A stretch of DNA of 64,000 nucleotides, from positions 223,124 to 287,123 of the forward strand of contig DATKWU010000009.1 in the NCBI GenBank assembly GCA_035529375.1, read 5' to 3'. The first letter of the stretch is position 1; every line of letters starts with the position of its first letter. Under the pieces are notes generated by a model, which saw only the letters and a program-made list of their open reading frames with translations, had not been told where the DNA came from and searched no databases. This document shows, piece after piece, positions 18,767-29,135 of the stretch. This stretch comes from Patescibacteria group bacterium. Its GTDB lineage: Bacteria; Patescibacteriota; Microgenomatia; PFEM01; JAHIFH01. The position numbers and the translations under genes are program-made.

Positions 18767-20674
18767 TTATTCTACCACTTCACCCTCTTCAACCTTTTCT
18801 TTATCAGCAACTGTCTTTGATTTTTTGCCTTTCTTTTTCTTACCTTCTTTAGGTGGTGCTTGCTGAGTTTTTTGGGCCTGATACATGGCAGCGCCAACTT
18901 TCTGGAGTTCTTCAGATAATTTTTTAGAAGCTTCTTCAAGTTCTTCTTTACTAGCGTCTTCTTTAGCTAGTAATTCTTTGAGTTTCTTAACTTCTTCTTC
19001 AACTTTTTCTTTATCTTCTTTTTTAACTTTATCACCAGCGTCTTTAAGGGTTTTTTCGGCTGTAAAGATTAAGCTATCCGCTTGGTTTCTAGCTTCAACA
19101 GATTCTTTTTTCTTTTGGTCTTCGGCCGCGTGTTTCTCGGCCTCAGTTTGAGCTTCTTTAACTTCCTCATCAGAAAGACTAACCGCGCCTTGAATGGTGA
19201 TTGACTGTTCTTTGTTAGTCGCCTTGTCAATCGCTTTGACATTAAGAATGCCGTTGGCGTCAATATCAAAGGTCACCTCGATTTGGGGTATACCTCTAGG
19301 GGCTGGAGGAATGCCGTCGAGAATAAATCTGCCCAAAGACTTGTTGTCGACCGCCATGGGTCGCTCTCCTTGAAGAACATTAATTTCCACTTGGGTCTGA
19401 TTGTCGGCCGCGGTCGAAAAAATTTGTGATTTAGAAGCGGGCACGGTTGTATTTCTTTCAATTAAAGGTGTTCTAACGCTACCTAGGGTTTCAACTCCCA
19501 AAGTCAGAGGGGTAACGTCTAAGAGAAGAATGTCTTTGACTTCACCACCCAAAACGCCACCTTGAATAGCGGCGCCAACAGCAACGACTTCATCAGGATT
19601 AACTGATTTGTTTGGGGTTTTGCCAAAATAATCCTTAACCGTTTCGTAAACCTTGGGCATTCGGGTCATCCCACCCACCAGAATGACCTCATCCACCTCT
19701 TTGGTTTCAATCTTGGCATCTTTAAGACAAGCTTTAACTGGGCCCATGGTCTCTTTAATTAAATCATCAACCAGTTGCTCCAATTTAGCCCGTGTCAGCC
19801 TCATTGTTAGGTGCAAGGGCTGACCGTCTTTGCCTTGGGTAATAAAAGGCTGGTTAATTTCGGTCTCTTGGGAAGAAGAGAGTTCAATCTTGGCTTTTTC
19901 CGCCGCGTCTCTAATTCTTTGCAAAGCCTGTTTGTCTTCTCTTAAATCAATCCCGTGTTCTTTTTTGAATTCATCGGCTAAATAATCAAGTAATTTCTGA
20001 TCAAAATCATCCCCACCTAAATGAGTATCACCGTTAGTCGCCTTAACCTCAAAAACGCCATCACCGATCTCGAGAATCGAGATATCAAAAGTGCCGCCAC
20101 CCAAATCATAAACAGCAATCGTTTCACCTTTTTTCTTTTCCAAACCATAAGCTAGAGCGGCAGCGGTCGGTTCATTAATAATTCTTTCTACCTTCAGACC
20201 AGCAATTTCTCCGGCTTGTTTGGTCGCCTGTCTTTGAGAATCATCAAAGTAAGCGGGCACGGTAATCACGGCACTCTCAACCGTTTCGCCTAAATAGGCC
20301 TCGGCATCCGTCTTACATTTGGCTAGGATTTTAGCTGAGATTTCTTGAGGGGTGTAATCCCGTCCACCAATGTGAATCACAGCCATACCGTCTTTACCGG
20401 CCTTAACTTCGTAAGGCACCATTTTGATGGTCTTCTTAACTTCAGCGTCAGTAAAACGTCGACCCATTAGCCGCTTAACCGAATAGGCGGTGTTGTCTGG
20501 ATTAAGAATCATTTGCCGTTTGGCCACTTCACCTACCAGATTCTTAACCGGTTCAACCACTGAAGGAATCGTGTTTTTGCCTTCGGCCGAAGGAATCACT
20601 TTGGCTTTACCGGCTTCCATGACCGCCACGGCCGAGTTAGTTGTTCCTAAATCGATACCAATAATTTTTGCCAT
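18767..20674 (-). CDS. dnaK: Chaperone DnaK (Hsp70)
   Basis: 635 aa; [18 protein letters not shown], and the rest of the canonical Hsp70 sequence. Confidence 0.97.
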   Translation of the reverse strand: MAKIIGIDLGTTNSAVAVMEAGKAKVIPSAEGKNTIPSVVEPVKNLVGEVAKRQMILNPDNTAYSVKRLMGRRFTDAEVKKTIKMVPYEVKAGKDGMAVIHIGGRDYTPQEISAKILAKCKTDAEAYLGETVESAVITVPAYFDDSQRQATKQAGEIAGLKVERIINEPTAAALAYGLEKKKGETIAVYDLGGGTFDISILEIGDGVFEVKATNGDTHLGGDDFDQKLLDYLADEFKKEHGIDLREDKQALQRIRDAAEKAKIELSSSQETEINQPFITQGKDGQPLHLTMRLTRAKLEQLVDDLIKETMGPVKACLKDAKIETKEVDEVILVGGMTRMPKVYETVKDYFGKTPNKSVNPDEVVAVGAAIQGGVLGGEVKDILLLDVTPLTLGVETLGSVRTPLIERNTTVPASKSQIFSTAADNQTQVEINVLQGERPMAVDNKSLGRFILDGIPPAPRGIPQIEVTFDIDANGILNVKAIDKATNKEQSITIQGAVSLSDEEVKEAQTEAEKHAAEDQKKKESVEARNQADSLIFTAEKTLKDAGDKVKKEDKEKVEEEVKKLKELLAKEDASKEELEEASKKLSEELQKVGAAMYQAQKTQQAPPKEGKKKKGKKSKTVADKEKVEEGEVVE

Positions 20675-20679
20675 TTTTT

Positions 20680-21114
20680 CTATTTTCCTTTTCCTTGACC
20701 AACTTTAACTTTGGCTGGTCTTAAAACTTTATCATTTAATTTATAACCTTTTAAAACAACGTTGACTACTTGGTTTTTTTGTCCGGGTACAATTTCAACG
20801 GCATCCATGATTTCCGGATCAAACTTTTCTCCTTGGGCTTTTATCTCTTTAACACCTTCGCTCTCTAGGGCTGCCTGAAATCGAGTGCAAACCAGAGAGA
20901 CACCTTTATCCTTCAAATGTTTTTCGCACAATTCCAAATCATCAAAAATCACTAAAAGTTTATCTAAAAGCTGGGCATTAGCTTGCTTAACAAATTCCCC
21001 TTTTTCCCTAGTAATCCGCTTTTCTAGATTAGCATAATCAGCTAAAACCCTTTTCAAACGATTTTCAAGTTCCTCGAGTTTCTTCTCGGTTCCTTTAGCT
21101 TTTTTCTTAGTCAT
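20680..21114 (-). CDS. grpE: Nucleotide exchange factor GrpE
   Basis: 144 aa; coiled coil plus GrpE signature; position between hrcA and dnaK. Confidence 0.9.
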   Translation of the reverse strand: MTKKKAKGTEKKLEELENRLKRVLADYANLEKRITREKGEFVKQANAQLLDKLLVIFDDLELCEKHLKDKGVSLVCTRFQAALESEGVKEIKAQGEKFDPEIMDAVEIVPGQKNQVVNVVLKGYKLNDKVLRPAKVKVGQGKGK

Positions 21115-21115
21115 T

Positions 21116-21847
21116 CTAGACCTCTTTAAGAACTTCTTCTAGTAAATTGCCAAAATATTTGACCATCGGAATCACTCGAGGATAATCTAAACGCATCGGC
21201 CCAATCACTCCCAAAGAACCGCTTTTCTCTGGACCAGCATCAAACTTAACAAAAATCATACCGCAAGGTTCAAGAAAGTCATAACCCAATTCATCCCCAA
21301 GTAAAAGATGAATTTGCTCTTCACCAAAAGAATGGCTAAACAAGTTTAATAAGCGATTGGTTTCATCAAGCATTGAAAGAATGGCCCGAGTAACATCAAT
21401 ATCATAGAATTCGGGCATTTCCAAAATATTGGCATAACCAGCATGATAGACGTCACCTTTTTTGGTAGCGGCGACGGCCAAAGTCCGTGATCTTTCAGCC
21501 AAAGCTTTGGTGGCCTCGTGCATTAATTTGTCAAAATCAAACCGCGAATCCCAAACCTTTTCTTTGGCAGCCACTTCGTCAGCCACCGAAAGCTTTTTCT
21601 CTTCCATTAATTGATTAACATAAAATTTAAAAGCTTCTTTACTGGGAATTCGACCCGCCGAAGTGTGGGGTTGATGAAGATACTTCATTTTTGTCAAAGC
21701 GGCCATCTCATTTCTGACAGTGGCCGGCGAAACACCCAGTTCATACTTTTTCTCCAGTGTTCCTGAACCAATCGGCTCGGCCGATTCCATATACTCTTCA
21801 ATAATTGATTTAAGAATTTTAATTTGTCTATCAGTTAACTCTGCCAT
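21116..21847 (-). CDS. hrcA: Heat-inducible transcription repressor HrcA (short)
   Basis: N-terminal winged HTH (IGSGTLEKKYELGVSPATVRNEMAAL) and the conserved hrcA-grpE-dnaK-dnaJ order. Confidence 0.8.
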   Translation of the reverse strand: MAELTDRQIKILKSIIEEYMESAEPIGSGTLEKKYELGVSPATVRNEMAALTKMKYLHQPHTSAGRIPSKEAFKFYVNQLMEEKKLSVADEVAAKEKVWDSRFDFDKLMHEATKALAERSRTLAVAATKKGDVYHAGYANILEMPEFYDIDVTRAILSMLDETNRLLNLFSHSFGEEQIHLLLGDELGYDFLEPCGMIFVKFDAGPEKSGSLGVIGPMRLDYPRVIPMVKYFGNLLEEVLKEV

Positions 21848-21882
21848 ATTTTATCTCGTACATCCGTTAGGACTTGACGAGA

Positions 21883-21909
21883 TTAGCACTTTTATAACAT
21901 GACTGCTAA
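21883..21909 (-). promoter_or_regulatory. CIRCE operator (TTAGCACTT-N9-GACTGCTAA) overlapping the -10 of a TTGACA-N17-TATAAA promoter for the hrcA operon
   Basis: 8/9 + 8/9 match to CIRCE consensus TTAGCACTC-N9-GAGTGCTAA. Minus-strand -35 TTGACA is the reverse complement of 21914-21919; -10 TATAAA is the reverse complement of 21891-21896. Confidence 0.8.
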
Positions 21910-21951
21910 AGTTTGTCAAGAGGAATTTATAAATGCTATAGTCTAATCATC

Positions 21952-23352
21952 ATGAAAGTTTTAGCAAAGAAAAAAGAGCTTCTCTCTTTAATTTTTATTA
22001 TTTTTCTTTTGATTGCCCTACCTCTATTACTTAATCTAATTAACAAAGTTCAAATTTACTTAACCGAGGCCTTGGGTCAAGAAGCCAAGATTATTGTTGA
22101 CGTTTCTATTGATCAAGGGCCGGTGGTCCCAATTTGGCAAGGTTTAGCCCAAGGGGGTGAAGAAAAAAATCCTTTTGATCAAATTATTAAAGAAACAACG
22201 GCTTTAAACCCAAAATACATCCGAATTGATCATCTTTATGATTATTACGATGTCGTTAAAAAAGAGAATGGTCAATTAAGTTTTGATTGGACAAAACTTG
22301 ACCAAGTAGTTGACCAGATTATTCAAACCGGAGCTAAGCCCTACCTTAGTCTCTCTTACATGCCCGCTGCCATTGCCCAGGACAATAATATTATTAGCCC
22401 TCCGGTTGATTGGAACGATTGGTCGGCGGTTGTTCAAGCCACTATCCAACATTACAGCGGCCGGGCTGAAAAAAACCTCAAGGAGGTTGTTTATGAAGTC
22501 TGGAACGAACCAGATTTATTTGGCGACTGGCGAATTGGCGGTGAAAAAGATTATCGTCTTCTTTATAAACACGCGGTCATTGGTGCCAACCAGACTCAAA
22601 ACACTAATCCTTTTAAAATTGGCGGGCCCTCAACCACGGCGCCTTATCGAGGCTGGGTGACTGGCTTTTTAGACTACATTAAGGACAATAATTTAAGAAT
22701 CGATTTTTATTCCTGGCATCGCTATTCGCTTTCGCCAGCTGACTTTTTGACTGATATTGACCAGGTCGATACCTGGCTCTACGAAAATGCTGGTTATTCT
22801 TTAGAAAAACATATTACCGAATGGAGTTCGGTCTCGGAAAACTCTTCTTACCACGATACTAATCTCGATGCCGCTCATTTAGTGGCAGTCATCAGACAAT
22901 TAATCCAAAGAGTTGATTGGGCTTTTACTTTCGAAATCAAAGACGGTCCTTCACCTACTGGCGAAAAATATTGGGGTCGTTGGGGACTCTTAACTCATGA
23001 ATCAACCGGAACAATTGAAAAGAAACCCAAATATTTTGCTCTCCAGCTCCTTAATAAAATGGCTGGCAATCGAGTTTTTCTTGAAGGCGAAGGCACTTGG
23101 GTGACCGGCTTTGCTACCCGAGATGATCAACAAATCAAAATCATTTTGGTTAATTTTGATAAACAGGGACAGCATTTTGAGAAAGTACCAATAACCATCA
23201 ATCAATTAGAGAATGGAACTTACTCTTACCAAGAAAGTTATCTTTTAGGCACTGGTAAAAAATCAACAGAAACAATTACTGATGGCAGTTTGAAAAAAGA
23301 AATTCCTCTCTCGGCTAATAATCTTGTGGTAATTGAATTAACTAAAACTTAA
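21952..23352 (+). CDS. Glycoside hydrolase, clan GH-A (GH39/GH5-like), membrane-anchored
   Basis: Acid/base motif VVYEVWNEPD and nucleophile ITEWS characteristic of the (beta/alpha)8 clan GH-A; N-terminal TM. Start placed at ATG 21952 to clear the hrcA promoter. Confidence 0.5.
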   Translation: MKVLAKKKELLSLIFIIFLLIALPLLLNLINKVQIYLTEALGQEAKIIVDVSIDQGPVVPIWQGLAQGGEEKNPFDQIIKETTALNPKYIRIDHLYDYYDVVKKENGQLSFDWTKLDQVVDQIIQTGAKPYLSLSYMPAAIAQDNNIISPPVDWNDWSAVVQATIQHYSGRAEKNLKEVVYEVWNEPDLFGDWRIGGEKDYRLLYKHAVIGANQTQNTNPFKIGGPSTTAPYRGWVTGFLDYIKDNNLRIDFYSWHRYSLSPADFLTDIDQVDTWLYENAGYSLEKHITEWSSVSENSSYHDTNLDAAHLVAVIRQLIQRVDWAFTFEIKDGPSPTGEKYWGRWGLLTHESTGTIEKKPKYFALQLLNKMAGNRVFLEGEGTWVTGFATRDDQQIKIILVNFDKQGQHFEKVPITINQLENGTYSYQESYLLGTGKKSTETITDGSLKKEIPLSANNLVVIELTKT

Positions 23353-24201
23353 AACATCTTCATCTTTAAGTTGATGATTTAAACTCACTTGTTGTCCAGG
23401 AAAAAGAGCGCTGGGTCCCCAAAGAAGAATTTGTTTGAATTCCTTTTTTTCTGGAAAAATCTTTTGGGCCACACCAGCCACTTGGGCTCCTTTTTTCATA
23501 ATTAAAGGTTCATTAAAATCCGGTTCTTTATCTTTTTGCTTAAGATAAACTCTGATCAAATTCAACTCCTGCCAAATCGCTTTTTTAAGTTCATCCAGAC
23601 CAATCTCATTCTGAATACTGATCAAAATTTCCTTATTCTGAGTTTTAGACGCTTTATTCAGTAAATCAACTTTATTAACCACTAGCAAGGTGGGTAATTC
23701 AATTTTTAATAATTTGAGTTCCTTGTTAATCGCGGCCAATTTATTTTTAGTTTTAACGTCCACCATCAAAATTAATAAATCGGCAATCCGGACCACAGAA
23801 AGAATTTCTTTACCTCTGCCCTTGCCTTCAGCAGCCCTGCCAATAATGCCTGGGAGATCTAAAATTTGAATTTGAGCCCCTTTATATTTCAAAACACCGG
23901 GAATAACCTCAAGAGTGGTAAAAGGCCAGGATTCAACTCGAGCATGAGTCCCGGTTAAATTATTGAGCAAACTTGATTTCCCAACCGAAGGCGGACCCAC
24001 TAAAACTACGGTAGCATCACCAAACTTTTTTAGAGCAAAACCTTTACCTTTACCTTGAGCGCTATTTGTTTCTTTCTGTCGTTTTAATTTGGCTAATTTT
24101 GCTTTTAAACGACCAATATAATGTTCCGTCCCTTTATGATAGGGAGTTTTTCTGATTTCTTCTTCTACGGCTTCTATTTTTGCCTCAAGATCAATGGTCA
24201 T
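23338..24201 (-). CDS. DRG-family (Obg-class) GTPase with C-terminal TGS domain
   Basis: N-terminal IEAVEEEIRKTPYHKGTEHYIGRLKAKLAKL (DRG hallmark), G1 GPPSVGKSSLLN, G3 DLPGII, NKVD, TGS-like C-terminus; 287 aa. Confidence 0.6.
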   Translation of the reverse strand: MTIDLEAKIEAVEEEIRKTPYHKGTEHYIGRLKAKLAKLKRQKETNSAQGKGKGFALKKFGDATVVLVGPPSVGKSSLLNNLTGTHARVESWPFTTLEVIPGVLKYKGAQIQILDLPGIIGRAAEGKGRGKEILSVVRIADLLILMVDVKTKNKLAAINKELKLLKIELPTLLVVNKVDLLNKASKTQNKEILISIQNEIGLDELKKAIWQELNLIRVYLKQKDKEPDFNEPLIMKKGAQVAGVAQKIFPEKKEFKQILLWGPSALFPGQQVSLNHQLKDEDVLSFS

Positions 24202-24213
24202 CTTTTTTATTTT

Positions 24214-25896
24214 TTATGATGAAACTTCCTCTGAGGCTGGTTGTGAAGACGAAGTCGTAATGATTTCTTCTGATTCCTTAAGAACCTGTTGCCAACGACC
24301 TAGTTTTTTAGCCAAACTAATAAAAGACTTCAGCTCGGCAATATTAAAAAGATAAGAGAGAACAAAATAAACAATCATCCCAGAAAAAGTGGCAATCATC
24401 GTTAAAATCACTAAATTAATCGTCCGGGTTGTGTCTAAGATAAATTGATCAAGAAACCTCATCGGTATCCATAAAGCGACCGCAGTTAAAAAAGTCGCCA
24501 AGCCCATCTTGATTACCGGAATAAATAATTCTTTTTTGCTAAAACCCCTGACAGCTTGATTAAGCAAAACTAAAAGCAATCCTGTCTGAAGAAAACTAGC
24601 AATCGTCGTTGCCCAAGCCAGACCTAAAATTCCTAAGTCAAATCTAAAGATAAAAAGAAAGCTTAAGGCCACATTGGTAAAAACAGAAACGACACTGATC
24701 CAAAAAGGCGTCTTAGTATCATGAAGAGCATAAAAACCTCTCACTAATAACTGAATGATCGCCTGAGCAAAAATAGAAATTGAGAAAACGGCTAGGACCC
24801 GGCCAGTTAAAAGCGTCGCTTTCCAAGGAAAAGAAGCCGCCCCAAAAACAATTCGAACGGCCGGAATTCGTAAAACTAATAAAATCGCACTCGCCGGCAA
24901 AACCAGATAAAGGATTTGATTAAAAGAAGCCAAGAAAGTTTGTTTGAACTTACTGAAATTCTCCTCTCCGGATTCCCGTGAGAGAGTCGGCAAAGCCGCC
25001 TGGCCAATGGTCGTTCCAAAAAGACCAATCGGCAGATTCATCAAGTGTTGAGCAAAATAAAAGATGGATAAGGAACCGGCTGCTAATGACGTCGCTAAGA
25101 AAACTGCCACCGTCAATTCAATTTGATTAACCGCCAAAGCAAAGGTTCGCGGCAACATAAGACGAACCACTTCCCTGACACCTGGATGGCGCCAATCAAA
25201 AACAAAGGAATAACGCAAACCTAATCTTAAAGCTAACGGTAATTGAATAATCAAATGAAGAAAAGCTCCTAAAACCACACCGACAGTGGGACCAAAAATA
25301 CCTAACCAATGACCAAGACCAACTATCCCAAAAATTATCCCCAAGTTATAAACAATCGGTGAAAGAGCGGGCACCAGAAAACGTTGTTTTGATTGAATCA
25401 CCCCGGTCAAGAAGTTGGAAACACAAAAAAATATCTGAGCTAAAAGCATTATTCTAGTTAAATCAACCATCAAATTAATTTCGGCGGGACTAAAAGCTGG
25501 CGCAATCAGATTCGCTAAAGGCCTAGCAAAGACAAAAACGATCAAGGCTAATAAAATAAAAACAGCCATTAAAAAATTAATGACTGATGAAGAAAGACGA
25601 TAAGCTTCTTTTTCATCCTTCTCTAAATAGCGACTAAAAACCGGAATAAAGGCAGCCGAAAGAGCTCCAAGAACTAGGAGCTGAAAAATCATGTCTGGTA
25701 AACGAAAGGCAGCAAAATAAACATCAAGTTGCCTTTCTTGACCTCCAAAAAAAGTCCCGGCCAACAAACGATCTCTTAAGAGTCCTAAAAGTCGAGAAAT
25801 AGCCACGGCCACCATAATGACGGTAGCGGCAGAAAGAATATTAACTTGTTTATGGGAAAAAATTAGGCTACCATTCCGCCAAAAACTTTTTAACAT
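24214..25896 (-). CDS. murJ: Lipid II flippase MurJ (MviN)
   Basis: 560 aa, 14 TM, N-terminal VAISRLLGLLRDRLLA typical of MurJ. Confidence 0.85.
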   Translation of the reverse strand: MLKSFWRNGSLIFSHKQVNILSAATVIMVAVAISRLLGLLRDRLLAGTFFGGQERQLDVYFAAFRLPDMIFQLLVLGALSAAFIPVFSRYLEKDEKEAYRLSSSVINFLMAVFILLALIVFVFARPLANLIAPAFSPAEINLMVDLTRIMLLAQIFFCVSNFLTGVIQSKQRFLVPALSPIVYNLGIIFGIVGLGHWLGIFGPTVGVVLGAFLHLIIQLPLALRLGLRYSFVFDWRHPGVREVVRLMLPRTFALAVNQIELTVAVFLATSLAAGSLSIFYFAQHLMNLPIGLFGTTIGQAALPTLSRESGEENFSKFKQTFLASFNQILYLVLPASAILLVLRIPAVRIVFGAASFPWKATLLTGRVLAVFSISIFAQAIIQLLVRGFYALHDTKTPFWISVVSVFTNVALSFLFIFRFDLGILGLAWATTIASFLQTGLLLVLLNQAVRGFSKKELFIPVIKMGLATFLTAVALWIPMRFLDQFILDTTRTINLVILTMIATFSGMIVYFVLSYLFNIAELKSFISLAKKLGRWQQVLKESEEIITTSSSQPASEEVSS

Positions 25897-25986
25897 TTGT
25901 CTTTTATCTTAAAATCTATTATACTGCCTACCTAACTAAATTATACTGATATAATGCCTACCGGCAAGACTCTATTTATTTAAGCT

Positions 25987-26253
25987 ATGCCAGTTACTGA
26001 ATCAGCTAAAAAGAAAGTGCGCCGAGATAAGAGGCGAACGGTTATTAATCGAGAAATTCGCCTTCAAATCAAATCCACTGTCAAAGAAATGCGCCAAAAA
26101 CCAGCTAAAAAGGCTTTTCAAAAAGCCAGTCGGGCTCTTGATCTGGCGGCCAAAAAAGGCATTATCCATAAAAAGAAAGCTTCGAGATCAAAATCGAGAT
26201 TGGCCAAACTCCTACCAAAGAGTAAGAAGAAAACCCCAAAAAAGACTTCCTGA
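25987..26253 (+). CDS. rpsT: 30S ribosomal protein S20
   Basis: 88 aa; typical basic S20 sequence. Confidence 0.9.
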   Translation: MPVTESAKKKVRRDKRRTVINREIRLQIKSTVKEMRQKPAKKAFQKASRALDLAAKKGIIHKKKASRSKSRLAKLLPKSKKKTPKKTS

Positions 26254-26320
26254 TAAATTGCTTTACAAATTTCTCTCTAGTCCATATACTAGAATAGCTA
26301 GTACAATAGCTTATTAGTTT

Positions 26321-26866
26321 ATGACTGCCTCAAAAAGTAAAATTGAATTTTTACCCCAAGAAGATTGGGAAAAGACTCCTTTTGGTAAATTCCTCAAGTG
26401 GTTGTTAACAGTTGGTCGCTATATTGTTGTCTTTACTGAATTGATCGTGATTCTTGCCTTTATCTCCCGATTCAAGCTCGATCGTGATTTAACTGATCTT
26501 TATCAACTCATCGAACAAAAGCAAGCAATTATTCAAGCATCAGTCGATTTTGAAACTGATTTCCGCTTTCTCCAAAAACAACTAACCAGCATCCAAGGTT
26601 TAAGAAAAGAACAACTCAAAACTAATCAACTCTTAAAAGAAATTTCTGACTTAACTCCTATCGATGTTTCTTTCTCTAATTTAACCATTACTGGTGATAA
26701 AGTCGAATTTAAGGCTACCGCTTTATCTGAAGCGGGTTTAGCAACTTTTATTTATAATCTTAAAAAATCGCCAAGCTTTACTAACCTAAACATTGATAGT
26801 TTATCTCTAGGTAGTGAACAAGGCGTGGGAATTAGTTTTAGTCTTAACAGTCAGTTAATTAAATAA
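26321..26866 (+). CDS. PilN-like type IV pilus assembly protein
   Basis: Short cytoplasmic N-terminus, single TM, coiled-coil plus periplasmic domain; 181 aa; adjacent PilO-like gene. Confidence 0.4.
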   Translation: MTASKSKIEFLPQEDWEKTPFGKFLKWLLTVGRYIVVFTELIVILAFISRFKLDRDLTDLYQLIEQKQAIIQASVDFETDFRFLQKQLTSIQGLRKEQLKTNQLLKEISDLTPIDVSFSNLTITGDKVEFKATALSEAGLATFIYNLKKSPSFTNLNIDSLSLGSEQGVGISFSLNSQLIK

Positions 26867-27487
26867 ATGCCAAATACTTTACCTAATCGCTATCAGCGCT
26901 ATCGTCACTATTTCACCGGTGTCAATAATCTTTACAAGAAAAAACAAACAAAAGTTTACACCGGCGTTGTCCTTTCCCTGATAACGATATCTTTTTTTGG
27001 ATTTTTTGCGATTCGACCAACTTTAATTACAATCAGCGGTCTGATTAAAGAAATTAAAGACAAAAAAGCTGTCGTCGATCAAATGGACCAAAAAATTGAG
27101 AGTCTCACCCAAGCCCAAATAAACTACTCCCAAATTAAAGATGATCTTGACTTAGTCAACCAATCACTCCCTCTTGATCCAGATCTGTCAACTCTTGTCA
27201 AACAACTCGAGGCTTTGGCTCGACTTTCCTCAGTTAAAATTGAATCAATCCGATTCGAAAAAACCAATCTCCAAGGAGAAAAAAGTAATGAAGCCCAAAC
27301 CGTTAATTTTGACTTGGCTACCAGCGGTAATTATCAAAGTCTTAAGAACTTTCTCAGTTCACTAGATAATTTGAGGCGAATTATTGGGATTGATAGTTTT
27401 GCTTTCAAAACTTCAACTGAAGAAGAAACTCAAATCTTAATCTTAACTCTTAATGGTCACGCCTATTATTTAACCAGAGAAGAATGA
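26867..27487 (+). CDS. PilO-like type IV pilus assembly protein
   Basis: 206 aa; N-terminal TM, coiled coil, C-terminal ferredoxin-like region; PilO-like pattern. Confidence 0.45.
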   Translation: MPNTLPNRYQRYRHYFTGVNNLYKKKQTKVYTGVVLSLITISFFGFFAIRPTLITISGLIKEIKDKKAVVDQMDQKIESLTQAQINYSQIKDDLDLVNQSLPLDPDLSTLVKQLEALARLSSVKIESIRFEKTNLQGEKSNEAQTVNFDLATSGNYQSLKNFLSSLDNLRRIIGIDSFAFKTSTEEETQILILTLNGHAYYLTREE

Positions 27488-27801
27488 AAGATCTTAAACT
27501 CGGTAAAAATATTCTTATTATCTCAATCTTAACCTTATTGACAGTTTTTGCTTGGATTGGTTTCCAAGTTTACGGTGCCTATACCAAAACAACCATTCCT
27601 AAAATAATTAAAGAACTTATTCAACCCTTAAATCCACGAATCGAAGAATCAGTCATTAAAGAAATTAAAGAAAAATATCAAGTCCCTAGTGAGGAACTTA
27701 ATGTTGTTAGCCAACCTCCTGCCAGTCCCGAAACGGAAATGGAGGAAGAAGCTACCACTGGTCAAACGGCAACCCAAAGTGGTAATCTAGAAGAAGAATG
27801 A
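27484..27801 (+). CDS. Hypothetical small membrane protein with acidic C-terminus
   Basis: 105 aa; one TM; translationally coupled to flanking genes. Confidence 0.3.
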   Translation: MKDLKLGKNILIISILTLLTVFAWIGFQVYGAYTKTTIPKIIKELIQPLNPRIEESVIKEIKEKYQVPSEELNVVSQPPASPETEMEEEATTGQTATQSGNLEEE

Positions 27802-29135
27802 GAAAACGGATACCAACCGTTATTGGTTTAATTATTTTGATTGTCGGCATGACCGCCGCCGTTTTTTTGATTAACCGTAGTACCCATTGGTTTTCTCGAG
27901 CCGCTCCAGGCGCCGCGCCAAAACAAATTAAATTTACTAACATCACTGATAGTAGTTTTTCAGTTTCTTGGATAACAGACGAATCAACTTCAGGCTTTTT
28001 AAAATATGGTCCAAACAATAAAATTGACCAAACATCCAGAGACGATCGAGATGAGCTTACTGGTAAAACCGGCAATTATACTACCCATCACATCACTCTT
28101 CGCAATCTAAAACCAAATACGACTTATCAATTTCAAATTGGCTCGGGAGGCAGTTCGTTTGATAACAATGGCCAGAATTACCAAGTGACAACCGCCGCAA
28201 CCCTAACCGCCCCCTCACCACCAAGTGATGTTGCTTACGGCACGATTAATGATCAGGCCGGTTCGCCAGCTGACGGCTTGATTGTCTATTTCTCTTTGCC
28301 CGGCGCTGTTACCCAATCGACCCTAACCAAGTCTTCTGGTAATTGGGTTGTTCCTTTAAATTTGGCTCGTTCAGAGGATTTAAAAAACTATGCCCAGTAT
28401 GATTCTCAGGCAACGATTGAAGATATTCTTGTTCAAGGAGGAGCAAAGGGAACAGCCACAGCGGTCGTCACGACCAAAAATGATAGCCCGGTTCCTACGA
28501 TCACCCTGGGTGAAAATCATGATTTTAAAGGTACCGTCACAACAGATGAAACTGATAAAACAACTGGTTCCTCAAAGTTTAATTTAGAAGACAGCGATTC
28601 CACTCCCTCATCTGACAAAGTAGAAATCATTAATCCTGAAGATGAGGAAGGTATTAGTACCCAAAAACCAGAAATCCAAGGAATTGGCCCGGCCGGAGCT
28701 ATTCTTAATATTACCATTGAATCTTCAAAAACCTACACCGGCACCATTGTTGTTGATGATTTTGGTAATTGGAACTGGACACCACCAGCTGATTTAGAAC
28801 CAGGCGAACACACAGTTACCATCAATTATCAAGATGAAAACGGTCTACTACAAACTCTTTCTCGTACTTTTATTGTCTTAGCCGCCGGTGAAGATGGTTT
28901 GCCGGCTCTTGAGGCAACTCCATCAGGAACAGCCACACCCTCACCAACACCTTCTCCATCGGTCAGCCCTTCACCCAGCGTCAGTCCGAGTGGTCGAGTT
29001 TCAATACCTTCAACTGAAGGCGGTGTTCCTGATTCTGGTTACTTGACACCTACTTTTTTAGTCTTCATAATGGGATTAGTTCTGATTACCTTTGGACTAT
29101 TTAGTAATATTTTGCTTAAGAAGAAAGTTTTCTAG
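27798..29135 (+). CDS. Cell-surface protein with fibronectin type-III domain and C-terminal Pro/Thr/Ser-rich linker plus TM anchor
   Basis: Signal-anchor; Fn3 (TNITDSSFSVSW...HHITLRNLKPNTTYQFQI); TPSPTPSPSVSPSPSVSPS linker; terminal hydrophobic helix plus KKKVF. Confidence 0.5.
   Translation: MRKRIPTVIGLIILIVGMTAAVFLINRSTHWFSRAAPGAAPKQIKFTNITDSSFSVSWITDESTSGFLKYGPNNKIDQTSRDDRDELTGKTGNYTTHHITLRNLKPNTTYQFQIGSGGSSFDNNGQNYQVTTAATLTAPSPPSDVAYGTINDQAGSPADGLIVYFSLPGAVTQSTLTKSSGNWVVPLNLARSEDLKNYAQYDSQATIEDILVQGGAKGTATAVVTTKNDSPVPTITLGENHDFKGTVTTDETDKTTGSSKFNLEDSDSTPSSDKVEIINPEDEEGISTQKPEIQGIGPAGAILNITIESSKTYTGTIVVDDFGNWNWTPPADLEPGEHTVTINYQDENGLLQTLSRTFIVLAAGEDGLPALEATPSGTATPSPTPSPSVSPSPSVSPSGRVSIPSTEGGVPDSGYLTPTFLVFIMGLVLITFGLFSNILLKKKVF

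Noticed and set aside
26321-27801. Type IV pilin (prepilin) among the small ORFs after PilN/PilO
   Set aside because: The 105-aa ORF lacks the G-F/M-T-L-I-E class III signal and Glu5, so no pilin call was made.
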